Assembly: GCF_001194135.2 (NCBI RefSeq) | Contig: NC_068982.1 | Span: 21,781,973 to 21,845,972 of the forward strand | Length of the DNA stretch: 64,000 nucleotides | Origin: Octopus bimaculoides | Taxonomy: Eukaryota | Direction: 5' to 3' | Shown: piece after piece, positions 52,326 through 64,000 of the stretch | How positions within the stretch are numbered: position 1 is the stretch's first letter | Layout of the letters: each line of letters begins with the position of its first letter | The notes under the pieces: model-generated | Told to the model about the DNA's origin: nothing | The model's database searches: none | Seen by the model: the letters and a program-made list of their open reading frames with translations, nothing else | Made by a program: the position numbers and the translations under genes

Positions 52326-52736
52326 AATATAAGAATAATAGAATATATACAGGATTGGCCAAAAGTCATCTGACCGTAAACCAAAACCATTTATTTCCAA
52401 GATTTATTTATGTTTAACCACTGAATGAATTTAATAAAAGCATCTAAATATGAAACATAATGAAAATTGTTCTAACTGAAGTCCTTCTCGTAAACATTCA
52501 TAATTGGGATGAATAAATGAAATTGAATATTAAGCAATTAGGGAATTTTGATTTACTGTCGGGTAAACTTTGGCCAACTCAGTATATGTATACATATATG
52601 TGTGTATGTGTGTGCGTGTGTGTGTGTGTATACATAGATATATGCATGTATAGATATGTATATATGTATGCAGATGTATATATTTATATGTTTAAATATG
52701 TATGTATGTATGTATGTATATGCAACAAAAGTTCTT

Positions 52737-52882
52737 GCTCAGGGTTTCGCGTTACCGTTCGTCGAACGAACGGTAACGTGAAACTCTGAGCGACAATTAT
52801 TTTGATACTTTTGCTGCTTTTAAATAAAGCATATTTTTCTACCTCTGGTATTTGAGTACTCTTTTTTCCACCTTGGTTCACC
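52737..52882 (+). mobile_element. Probable Penelope-like terminal repeat with an inverted 5' duplication (26-bp hairpin)
   Basis: Arms 52737-62 and 52766-91; the right arm holds ACGA-acg-GTAA-cgt-GAAAC-TC (partial HHR core) and continues into an AATAAA-containing tail. Confidence 0.5.
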
Positions 52883-52884
52883 TT

Positions 52885-53020
52885 TTGCTTACCAACCACA
52901 TGGTTCCGGGTTCAGTCCCACTGCGTGGCATCTTGGGCAAGTGTCTTCTACTATAGCCTCGGGCCGACCAAAGCCTTGTGAGTGAATTTGGTAGACGGAA
53001 ACTGAAAGAAGCCCGTCGTA

Positions 53021-53058
<38 letters not shown>

Positions 53059-53191
53059 NNNNNNNNNNNNNNNNNNNNNNNNNNNNNNNNNNNNNNNNNN
53101 NNNNNNNNNNNNNNNNNNNNNNNNNNNNNNNNNNNNNNNNNNNNNNNNNNNNNNNNNNNNNNNNNNNNNNNNNNNNNNNNNNNNNNNNNNN

Positions 53192-53253
<62 letters not shown>

Positions 53254-53485
53254 TGTGTGTGTGTGTTCGTCTGTCTGTGTTTGTCCACCTAGCATTGCTT
53301 GACAGCCGATGCTGGTGTGCTTATGTCCTCGTCACCTAGCGGTTCGGCAAAATAAACGGCTAGAATAAGTACTTGGCTTACAAAGAATAAGTGCTGGGGT
53401 CGATTTGCTCGACTAAATGCGGTGTTCCTGCATGGCCGCAGTCAAATGACTGAAACAAGTAAGAGAGTAAAGAGTAAAGAGTATA
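52885..53485 (+). mobile_element. SINE family B, microsatellite spans gap 53059-53191
   Basis: Head, CORE-like block and tail all present. Confidence 0.9.
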
Positions 53486-53589
53486 TGACTGTGATTTTAG
53501 ACGTGGCTGAATTTTAACATAGTAACAATACATCGTCGGAACCGACCACGGAGAACATTAAAGCAAGAATGCAAACCCAATCCTGAAGA

Positions 53590-54150
53590 TATCTAATAGT
53601 GGAACGGTATTCCTATCTAGTTTTCCCGCTTGGGACTGTCTTCATTATGCATGTATTTAAAATACGTTGTACACGACAACCATCATCTTTGTCAACGCTC
53701 ACCAGCTGTCTATTTAAAATTGTATATGACAATACTACGTCCATACTTAGAATTTGCATCACCATTCTAGAGCTTTTATCTTGCTCAGTATATCAGTCTC
53801 CTGGAAATTGTTCAGAAACATGCAACTAAACGAATACCCGCCGTCAGGCATCTACAACACACTGTTTCCATGGGTACACATTAAAGCTCCGACGCCTGAT
53901 AATTGACTTGATAGACACCCACAAGATTATCCACCCTCTTTCCAACAACAGCCCTGAGCACCTTCTTGAATTCCTTATGTCAAAATCTTCGTAGACATAC
54001 AAAATCAAAAACCAATAGAGCACCCATAACTTTCGAAAACATTTTTTCACGCTCAGAAGAGCTGAAGTATGGAATAAACTACCTGTTTCAGTTGTTAACT
54101 GCTGAGACTCTACATCCTTCAAAACTTCCATGCTTCCTGAAATTTGCCAG
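53590..54150 (+). mobile_element. CR1-clade LINE 3' remnant
   Basis: PAVYLKLYMTILRPYLEFASP..LLEIVQKHATKRIP / LKLRRLIIDLIDTHKII / FRKHFFTLRRAEVWNKLP; stops and frameshifts present. Confidence 0.85.
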
Positions 54151-54722
54151 CTGTACACCTGATAGCCCCCCCCACCCTCTTTTATTCTTATTTTTTTCCA
54201 GTTGTAGTGCATTTGAGCACTGTATACAACAAGTTCGTTATTATTATTTTTTTGAAACCCAATATAAACATCCACCAAAAATTTGCATTTCGCTTTTGGC
54301 CTTTGTTAATATGTGTGTCTATTCAATTAATTCGAGTGTTCTTATATTTTATAAACTGCTGAAGTTATAATTCTGAAATTTGCGGCAAATTACTATGCAC
54401 AGAAAATAATTTTCTTAGGATAACATTTAGTAATTAGTCAATTAATTTAATTTATTAATTTATTTATTTAGTTAGTTAGTTTGTTAAATATTTACTTTGA
54501 AACACAATAAAATACGTATAATGGCAAACTGTATAATTCCTTTGAAAATTACTATTTTTAAATCTCACAACGTGAGATATTCAGCAACAGTACTTTGCAG
54601 TAAAGATTGTTTGCCAGCATAACATGGCAGTCCATCGTCTCTAGCTGGCTATAGGACACGATATGTGGCCTTATATTTTCGAACAAGGGAATATAGCACC
54701 CCAACTCAGCTCAGAACAATAT

Positions 54723-54765
54723 CTGTGTATCGCGATTTCTGGGTTATTTCTCTTCGTCAGTACAG
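54723..54765 (-). ncRNA. Degenerate hammerhead-like motif
   Basis: Minus strand: CUGUA-CUGACGA-agagaaauaaccca-GAAA-UCGCGA-UA-CACAG; palindromic AUCGCGAU helix III; stems I and II partly mismatched. Confidence 0.4.
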
Positions 54766-54982
54766 AATAATTGTTCGGCTAGTGGTGGCGCTGCCAAATT
54801 CCCGTTCGAAATATATATTCCTATTAAAATACCACTCATAGGTTATAGGTCAAACTGTGAGCTTACTTTAGAAGACATTGGAATTGCAGTGAAGTGAGGG
54901 CAAACCTGGAATGCGGCTCTTCTGAGATGATGTTCATAAACACAAGATTTTGGAATCTGCTCCCTGTGTGTGTGTGTATGTG

Positions 54983-55018
<36 letters not shown>

Positions 55019-55094
55019 TGTTTGTGTGTGTTTGTGTGTNNNNNNNNNNTGTGTGTGTTTGTTTGTGTGTGTTTGTGTGTGTGTGTGCGTGTGT

Positions 55095-55270
55095 GTGTTT
55101 CCCACCACTGCTTTACAACCAGTTTTAGCGTGTTTACGTTCCGGTAACTTAGCGGTTCAGCGCCAGTAACCGATAGAATTAGTACCAGGTTTTAAAAGAC
55201 ATGGGGACTGGGGTTGATTCATTCGACTGCATGACCGCAGTCTAATGATCGAAACATGTGAGAAAATAAA
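55095..55270 (+). mobile_element. SINE family B, 3' half
   Basis: GTTTACGTTCCGGTAACTTAGCGGTTC...GACCGCAGTCTAATGA. Confidence 0.75.
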
Positions 55271-55310
55271 AGAATATACAAACACCAGAAAAGCGTTTTG
55301 CATGTGTGTA

Positions 55311-55511
55311 CTCTTTCACTTGTTTCAATCAATTGACTGCGGCCATGCTGGAGCACCGCCTTTTAGTCGAGCAAATCGACCCCAGGACTCATCCTTTGTA
55401 AACCTAGTACTTATTATCTCAGTATCTTTTGTCGAACCGCTAAATAACAGGGACGTAAACACACTAGCATCGGTTGCGAAGCGATGTTGGGGGACAAACA
55501 CATACACACAA

Positions 55512-55544
<33 letters not shown>

Positions 55545-55715
55545 CATATACATATCTACGACGGGCTTCTTTCAGTTTCCGTCTACCAAATCCACTCACA
55601 AGGCTTTGGTCGGCCTGAAGCTATAGTAAAAGACATTTGCCCAAGATGCCACGCAGTGTGACTGAAACCGGAACCATGTGGTTGGTAAGTAAGCTACTTA
55701 CCACACAGCCACTCC
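55311..55715 (-). mobile_element. SINE family B, full length
   Basis: Reverse complement of the complete element with a CA/TA centre. Confidence 0.9.
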
Positions 55716-56590
55716 TGCGCCTGTATGTACATGAATATGGAATGACACCACTGGGATTTGAACAACTGCTCTCTCCATAAGCTACCTGCCGAGCTAAACC
55801 TTTTGAGTAAGTTTCGGTGGCGTAGTGAAAAACTCTTCCAATGGTATACGGCAGTTATTCCGGTAACCAACCTCATCACCCTTATTATGCACTGTTTGCC
55901 AGTTTTGTCTCACATTTTCGACAGAGAATGATATTAGAGATATAATTGCTACGAAATATTCAACCACTTCAGATATATTCGTAGTTCCGTTTATGAAACA
56001 AATGAAATACGCATAATCGAATCCGACGCTAGATCCATCTATATTGATATAGATTTTTCAATTTCAGAAATTACTAGAATTTGCGAGAAAGCGATAAAAT
56101 TTATTATTTTATAATTGATAGTTATCATAGCAATATTCATTCCAGCGAGGCAAATTCTAACTGGTATGTAGGTAAAAGTCGAGAATGATATTTTTCGTTT
56201 TTCATTTGTTTATATAAAACTGTCTGCCGTTTAATAGTATTTGTCTGAATATATTAGGCACTATTTAATTTTCGAAATATCCTTACTTTATTATTGCTAT
56301 GTACTTTTCTAATTATCCTAATTACCGGTGGCCAAAAATAATTTTTAAAATAGCTCATAGATTCTATTTTTTCTTTTTCTTTTTACTTTCATTTTTTATT
56401 TTGTTATGAATAAAGGACGGCCAGTTAGCACAATTGTTAAAGTGGTCGGCAGAATGTTGAGATCTGTCTGTCCTTGTTTGTCCCCTCTATGTTTAGCCCC
56501 TTGAGGGCAATAAAGAAATAAGAATATGTTGAGATTTATATTCCTAGATATACGAATATACACACGCACACACACACACGCATATACACG

Positions 56591-56627
<37 letters not shown>

Positions 56628-56977
56628 TTAAGTACGTTTTTATGTTCAATTATAATAAAACGCGGTTGACAGTGACTTCAAATTTTCGGCCAGCTAAGCC
56701 ATCGTCAGACAATCAGATAGTGGGATGGCTTCGAAGTCACTGTCAACAACATTCTTGTTTAAGAATAACAGGCACCCACACTCACGCACACACACACACA
56801 CACACATCATCATCATTAATGTTGCAAAACTGAGTTATACATCTGGTCGATAACCGATGAAGAATTAGGAACCTTTTGTGTCTGTTTTCCGTCCGTTTGT
56901 GCACTCAATATACGTTATAAGCCTTTTACATGTCGTTTGTGTATTTCCAATACATTTTTTTCATCTATTATATATAT

Positions 56978-57128
56978 AAGTAGCTTGCTTACCAGCCACT
57001 TGGTTCCGGGTTCAGTCCCACTGCGTGACACTTTGGGCAAGCGTCTTCTACTACAGCCTCAGGCGGACCAAAGCTTTCTGAGTGGATCTGGTAGACGGAA
57101 AATTAAAGAAGCCCATCGTATATATATA

Positions 57129-57178
<50 letters not shown>

Positions 57179-57319
57179 CCTGTCTGTCTGTCTGTGTGTG
57201 TGTGAGTATGTGTGTGTGTGTGTGTGTATGTTTATGTGTCTGTATTTGTCCCCCACCATCACTTGACAACCGATGTTGGGCCGATTTGTTCGACTAAAGA
57301 TGGTGATCCAGCACGGCAG
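56978..57319 (+). mobile_element. SINE family B with a deletion in the tail
   Basis: Head and microsatellite present; the tail jumps from ACAACCGATG to CGATTTGTTCGACTAAAG. Confidence 0.85.
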
Positions 57320-57419
57320 NNNNNNNNNNNNNNNNNNNNNNNNNNNNNNNNNNNNNNNNNNNNNNNNNNNNNNNNNNNNNNNNNNNNNNNNNNNNNNNNN
57401 NNNNNNNNNNNNNNNNNNN

Positions 57420-57456
<37 letters not shown>

Positions 57457-57569
57457 GCACACGCATGTACTCACATATATATATGTGTATGTACATACCC
57501 ATAGTTGCATTTACACGTATGTATACTTTTTGCTGTGCTCTTAGTAAGGGGCAGTTCACATTACCTCCC

Positions 57570-57860
57570 TGGGTCCTGCTAGACCGGTGAGCTTCACTTC
57601 AGGAGAGACACGAGCAAGGAGAAAACAGTCCACAGAATCAATGTAACTAGCTTGAAGAACCGGGAATAATCGCAAGTGTGATGCCGGACTTGGATTAGAT
57701 AACTGTGTCTGAGACCGTGTGGCAAATGGCTCGGTGTTGCTGAGTGGTGGGTACACGTGATCAAGCCCTTCCGTGAAGCAGAGGCTATTATAAAAGCGAT
57801 AGATAAGACAAATATAGAAAACTGCAAGAGGCTGGAGCATGTCTGCTACTGTTTTAATGC
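57570..57860 (-). mobile_element. L2/CR1-like LINE 3' remnant
   Basis: Minus-strand pieces LAVFY..YRFYNSLC...PPL..T..TRS and YSRFF..T.ILW resemble recalled LINE C-termini (FYRYY-x-G-x-CS...FFPRT-x-x-LWN). Confidence 0.5.
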
Positions 57861-58467
57861 TAATAATTCGGTTTGACCTCATGGGGATGCTGTTCTGTGT
57901 CTGTGAGTGTAGCACCAGTTTAGTCTGTAGGCGAAATAAGAGTACGGTCTATGTATGTAGTATCAACAACAATTTCCATTCGCAGAACACGGTCGTCCCA
58001 TCTAAGATGATGTCGGTTAATTATAGTTTCAATGGAGGAGATATTAGGTTGCTTGAGTTAATTTAGATATTGCATATTAATTGTAGAGATGTCAGAGATC
58101 TATAGCAGAGTGCGTACGCAGTAGAACAAATTACATACACATTCACACATGCAGACATCCACATGCACACACAGCGAAGCACACACACACGCATACAAAG
58201 TCTCACACTCGCAGACTCAAGCCTAATTGTTTCTCACACAGGCGCAAGTAGGGAGATTAAACTCAACAAATCAAGAATCTAAGCAGAGGTACGACCGTAT
58301 CATTAAGGAGGTCACTTTGCAATCATGTAGCTTCGAGTTCAATACCGCTGCACGGCACATTCGTGTTTTCTGCTATAGTGCTTTCTACTACAGCCACGGA
58401 GCAACTGATTCCTTGTGAATAAATTTGGTAGATGGAATATGTGTGCAAGCCTATTGTAAATATACTT

Positions 58468-58525
<58 letters not shown>

Positions 58526-58532
58526 CGCTTGG

Positions 58533-58742
58533 ATGGCGTCGAGCTGGCAAAATCGTTAGCACATCGGGCGAAATGCTTAACGGTATTTCGTCTGCCGTTA
58601 CTTTCTGAGTTCAAATTCCGCCGAGGTCGACTTTCCATTTCATCCTTTCGGGGTCGATTGAATAAGTAGCTGTTACGCACTGGGGTCAATGTAATCGACT
58701 TCATCCATTTGTCTGTCTTTGTTTATCCCCTCTATGTTTAGC
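58533..58742 (+). mobile_element. SINE family A, tail type 2
   Basis: GAGCTGGCAAAATCGTTAGC head, GAGTTCAAATTCC B-box. Confidence 0.85.
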
Positions 58743-59333
58743 ATATATATGTGTGTGTATATATATATATATATGGAATCAAGTTTCGATCATTATTTTG
58801 TACCACCAAGCCCCTAGAAACAGCTGTTGGACGCGTAAAATTCTTATTCAATCCCTTTTAATTCCTGATACCATTCCTATTCTGTGTAAGTCGGACTTTT
58901 TATATGTATGCATACATACTTATAAAAATATATTTCTCTTTGTATTAAATGTATTTAATATTTTTTGGCATATCGACTTGCACAGCTTGCTTGTCCTTAC
59001 ATTAACCTGCTCAAGTTCAAATCTCTTGAGCACAACGAAGTATATTCTATACAGAGAATACCTGTTCCAAATCTAATAAATCTATAAAAGCTATAAAATC
59101 TATCAATTATATATAACATGTATACACACACACACACACACACATTCCAGATTAAATTTTATGTTTATAGATTTATTANNNNNNNNNNNNNNNNNNNNNN
59201 NNNNNNNNNNNNNNNNNNNNNNNNNNNNNNNNNNNNNNNNNNNNAGATTAGGAACAGGTATAGATATACTCGTATGTGTGTATGTATGTATACATGTAAG
59301 TATGTAGGTTTTTAAGTAGGTAGGTTGTTAGAT

Positions 59334-59395
<62 letters not shown>

Positions 59396-60589
59396 ATTTA
59401 AGTGGGCCACTGTAACTGCGTTTGTCTCCTCATCTGGTGTGCGATTTTTATTTTTTACGTCCCTGGAATTCCGCTATTCAGCAAAAGAAATCCATACAAT
59501 AAGTTCCAGACATGAAAGACTATAAGATGATAGGGGTCAATTTGTTCGACTTCAACCCCTCAGGGGCCATACCACTTCATGACTACTGTCCAATGACTCA
59601 AGCAAGTAAGAGACAGGTAAATGACAGAATTTATTTTATGTAGGATCCATTGTATATTTATTCATACTGCAATCCACTTTATTTTATTAAATCTATCTTT
59701 TCTTTTTTTTGCTGAAGTTTTGCAAGCTACTCTATCCAATAAATGTTTTCTACCCATTCTTCTCATGACTAAGTCTCGTGTCTGATGGAATGCGGTCATA
59801 ACATCTACAGAGGCAGAAACGCAACTCCACAGAACTGTATTTTCTTCTTAACAGCATCTCAATTTCTGAGAATTCTCGAGTCTTAAGATTATCTGCCCTT
59901 CCCATTTAGTGGTGGTCACGACAGCTACGAAGCATTCGTTCACTTTTCTATCGAGTAGAACATAATATCCATAAATAAAAGAGGTATACCGTATGGTAGT
60001 TAATATAACTTTACTGATACATATATACATATATATACATACATATATATATATATATATATTATATTATATATGCATATATATGCATATATATGCGTAG
60101 GCACAAATACATATGTATAACATTATGTTCATTTGTACTATCTTCGGCGCCAAACGTATATGAAATATGCCAACTAATAAATATTGTTTCTTTACATTAA
60201 CGTCTGGAATCTTTGCTTAACAGATCCTGGTCGGATCCATGGAAAAGTACATGAATGCGCCTGACCCTAGCTTGCTGGATTATTCTGTAGTTTTCATATC
60301 ATACACGTCCTTAGTAGCGCGTGTATATAAGCATAACACACGTGTATACACATGCATATACAACGACAGAGGAGGAATTATATCAGAAGGGATAAAGATA
60401 TAAATATAATAAAAATATAATATCATATGCATTTATGTGTGCGCGTGTATCTTTGTGTGTGTGCGTGTGTTTGTGTGTGAGCGTGTGTGTGTGTGTAGGC
60501 TTCCCTTCAAACAATATTGGGTTATTGTTCTTTTTTATAATACATTAGCCTTTATATTTCTTTATTAATTTTCTAACTTTCTGTGGTAG

Positions 60590-60790
60590 AGATTCTGTTG
60601 GCAGTGGTAATTGTTATTGTTTGGGCGGTGTTTGGAGTGATGATAGTGATTGTTGTTGTTGCTGTTGTTTGTGTTCTTTTGGCAGCGGCGGTGGTGGTGC
60701 TGGTGGTGGTGGTGGTGGTGCTGGTGGTGCTGGTGAGTGGTGGGATTCGTTTTCGTTCTCGCCGTCGTCTTCTTCGTCGTTCTGGTTCGT
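60590..60790. repeat. Degenerate (GTT)/(GGT)/(TCG) trinucleotide tract
   Basis: Directly visible. Confidence 0.85.
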
Positions 60791-61144
60791 ATGCAATTAT
60801 TCACATTTTATCGATCAAATATCGGGATATGTAGCCGCAAAATGACGGATGTTGTTTGTGCATTCGCTTTGTATTCGCTACAATCTTCGTTTATATTAGC
60901 TATTATACAATAACCAATAGTGTAATGTGACCTTCCAACCGCCGATGTAATGAGCATGGGAAAATGTGTACACTAACTAGCTTGCTATATCAATGAGAAA
61001 TATCGATTTCTAGATTTGGCACATAACCGCAAGAGGTTTTTCTTTTTGTTTCTTTTTTTTTCTCTCTTTAGTCGGGATATCGTCGATTAGATCGTCTCCA
61101 GTACTTGACTGGTACCTTAATTTATCGATCCCATTTTCATGCAC

Positions 61145-61154
61145 ACATGTGTGT

Positions 61155-61250
<96 letters not shown>
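61145..61250. repeat. (TG)n microsatellite following a family A SINE fragment (about 61010-61135)
   Basis: Directly visible. Confidence 0.9.
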
Positions 61251-61253
<3 letters not shown>

Positions 61254-62339
61254 AAGATGTAGAAAGATCGAAGGAGAAATCAGGCAAAGTTAAGATTGAT
61301 GTGATTTAAGCTTATAAATTAAAGGGGACATAACTGACTGCTGCATATCATCTTGGAGCAACATGTACACAGGATTCTGACAAGAACGAAAAGTGCATTT
61401 CTGGTTAATGTTCAAAGCCAGAAATTTTCATTTCTCGGTTAGGGTGGTGCCTGGTTATATTTGACTGAATCGAATCCGGCATGTGAAGGATGATTTAATT
61501 TACTAAATCTCGGATGAATAAAAGTTAATTTCAGCATCAACAGGTTTTGATTGCGAAACAAAATGAAAAGTAACTGAATACAACATCAATATTTTGTTTG
61601 TTGCTCTACTGATTCTACAAATTCAACAAAAGATATTGACAAAAATAAAATTCAAGATTATCATTTCAGATGTGCACTTTTAAGGCAAGTCACTTGATCC
61701 GGAACCTTGTCTTGCAAATGAAATAATTTAACCTTTAAAACATACATAAATTGTTATACTCTCTTCGTTTATTTCATGTCAGTACTGTCTATTATAAAGG
61801 GTCAAAGGGCATCACTGTATTTCTGTGACTTATCAACTGATAAAATTCCAAAATCTAGAATCTGTTACAGACCGAATCGCTAAGTGTGACGAACCCCTTC
61901 GTAAAATAGTATTCTTAAATAGCTAAAATGATTCCACAGCCATGTAATTATACAATATTAAAGTTCTATATATTTTCATAAGACATGTATCACACATTAG
62001 AGTTTATCGCTACGATATATCTACATATCTACACTATATTCACATAGGATATTAGCTACTAGTTATAGGTCATCACTATGTGATGAACAGAAAAGTATGC
62101 ATACTGGGTATGGAATGGAGAACATAATTCATACCATCAATTCGAATACTGTGGCGTGAATGAGCGCGTGTTTAATTACGCAGATTGGAGCCTGATTATT
62201 GGGGTTTTCTCATAGTCTCTCAAATATGATGGAAATTCATGAATTAGTAGCTAATGTATTACATACCGTGTTCCAATAATATATTTCAAACACTTTTGAA
62301 ACTTGTCTAAAACCATAAATGAAGATTGTGGGTAGTGGA

Positions 62340-62400
62340 GGTTTTATTAAGTTTTTCCCAGCTTTATTAAGTTTTTCCCAGCTTTTATTAAGTTTTACGA
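62340..62400. repeat. About 21-bp tandem repeat (TTTATTAAGTTTTTCCCAGC), about 2.6 units
   Basis: Directly visible. Confidence 0.85.
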
Positions 62401-62495
62401 AGCTTGGCACCTGTCAGGTGGAGAACCACTGAGTTATCTTTTATTGTTTTCTTGGGGCTCCACATTGGATGATCTGAACTGTGAACACAAATAAT

Positions 62496-62960
62496 ATTCT
62501 TTTCTAATTTTGGGGGTTGGGAGCCAGTCGATTAGATGGACCCCAGTACACAACTAGTACTTAATTTATCGACCCCGAAAGGATGAAAAGCAAAGTCGAC
62601 CTCGGCGGAATTTGAACTCAGAACGTAGCGGCAGACGAAATACCGCTAAGCACTTCACCCGGCGTGTTAACGTTTCTGCCAGCTCGCCGCCTTAAACACA
62701 ATATCAGTCCTTACATTACTTACGCCAAAGTACTATACTAGTGAAAATAGTTTCAAACTTTGACACAAGGCTAGCAATTTCAATGGGAGGGGTTAAGATT
62801 ATTACATCATCCCCAGCTCAACTCGTACTTATTTTATTGATCCCAAAAGGGAGAAGAGTAAAATCGACCTCAGTGGAATTTGAAATCAGAACGTAAAGAC
62901 GGATGAAATACGACTAAGCATTTTAAACGGTGCAGTAACAGCTCTGCCAGTACGTCACCG
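62496..62960 (-). mobile_element. Two SINE family A copies in tandem
   Basis: A young copy ending CAGCTCGCCGCCTT at about 62693, then an older copy. Confidence 0.85.
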
Positions 62961-63299
62961 TACCACTCATATTATTGACTATATATGTATCTAGGAGAAC
63001 TAATGATCAGCAGTTTTGTTAGATTCGAAGATGGCTCAACTCCAGGAACATAGTATGTACCGTTCATGTTTTGATTTGTTTTGTAACAGTCTGTCACATC
63101 GAGCTAGTTGCGTATCCAGATGAAATCGTCATGTTGCTGCGGTTATCATTGCTATTTAGCTGTAGATCAAATTATCCAAGCTGACATAAGAAGCAAAGAC
63201 TTAATTAGGAAAATCCTGGAATCAATACAATACAGCTCTAATTAAGGTTTTAGATTCTCTAAAATGAATTACTTATCATAACTGTGTTGCAATTGCGGC

Positions 63300-64000
63300 A
63301 TAATCCTTTCTATTAGATGCAAAGACAGAAAGATTTAGGGTAGGGATTAGTCGATTACATCGATCCCTGTGCTCAACTGGTTCTTATTTTTTCTACCATG
63401 CAAGGATAGAATGCAAAGACGATCTCAGCGGGATTTAAACTCAGTGTGTAAAGACGGACGAAATGCCGCTAAGCACTTTTTCCGGTACCAGTTCATGTGT
63501 GTTAGTTATAATTGTGTAGCAGTTCCTTGAATTCTGACGGCGTGAGGGAGACAACAATGCTTAGAATTTAAAACTGAACAAATAAATATGCTTTTGTACT
63601 CTAGGTACACGGCCCGAAATTTTAGGAGAGGGTGCCAGTCGATTAGATCGACCCCAGTACGCAACTGATTCTTAATTTTTCGATCACGAAAGAATGAAAG
63701 GCAAAGCGGACCTCGGCGGAATTTGAACTCAGAACGTACGCTAAGCATTTCACCCAGCGTGGTAACGTTTCTTATTTCTTTATTGCCCACAAGGGGCTAA
63801 ACATACAGGGGACAAACAAGGACAGGCAAACGGATTAAGTCGATCGCATCGACCCCAGTGCGTAACTGGTACTTAATTTTTCGACCACGAAAGGATGAAA
63901 GGCAAAGTCGACCTCGGCTGAATTTGAACTCAGAACGCAACGGCAGACGAAATCCCGCTAATCATTTCACCCGCTGTGCTAACGTTTCTGCCAGCTCGCC
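63300..64000 (-). mobile_element. Three SINE family A copies (tail types 1, 1, 2)
   Basis: Bodies at about 63300-63480, 63591-63770 and 63772-64000. Confidence 0.85.

Noticed and set aside
60210-60410. Acceptor-like site followed by a short ORF MEKYMNAPDPSLLDY...
   Set aside because: No convincing donor site or homology; expected by chance.

Overview
AT-rich, microsatellite-saturated eukaryotic DNA with many assembly gaps (N-runs). I found no supportable host protein-coding gene, rRNA, true tRNA or CRISPR array. Most of the supplied ORFs are artefacts of simple repeats, N-runs or SINEs. The repeat repertoire suggests an octopus genome (inference from SINE style and microsatellite load, not verified). 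The window holds dozens of tRNA-derived SINE copies, which I label working families A-E. It also holds decayed retrotransposons (R4/Dong, RTE, CR1, L2/CR1-like, Penelope-like GIY-YIG), three mariner remnants, a pogo/Tigger-type MITE and a hAT MITE. The main discovery is at 9.3-11.4 kb: two TSD-flanked copies of a small element whose inverted arms each carry a minimal type I hammerhead ribozyme (HHR) motif. One copy joins a tRNA-like Pol III head, an (AAC/AAT)n tract and the HHR tail, which suggests a Penelope-mobilised, ribozyme-bearing SINE; an R4/Dong fragment has inserted into its AAT tract. Further distinct HHR-like motifs lie at about 28.8, 37.8, 40.2, 52.8 and 54.7 kb. SINE coordinates are approximate to within about 10-20 bp.
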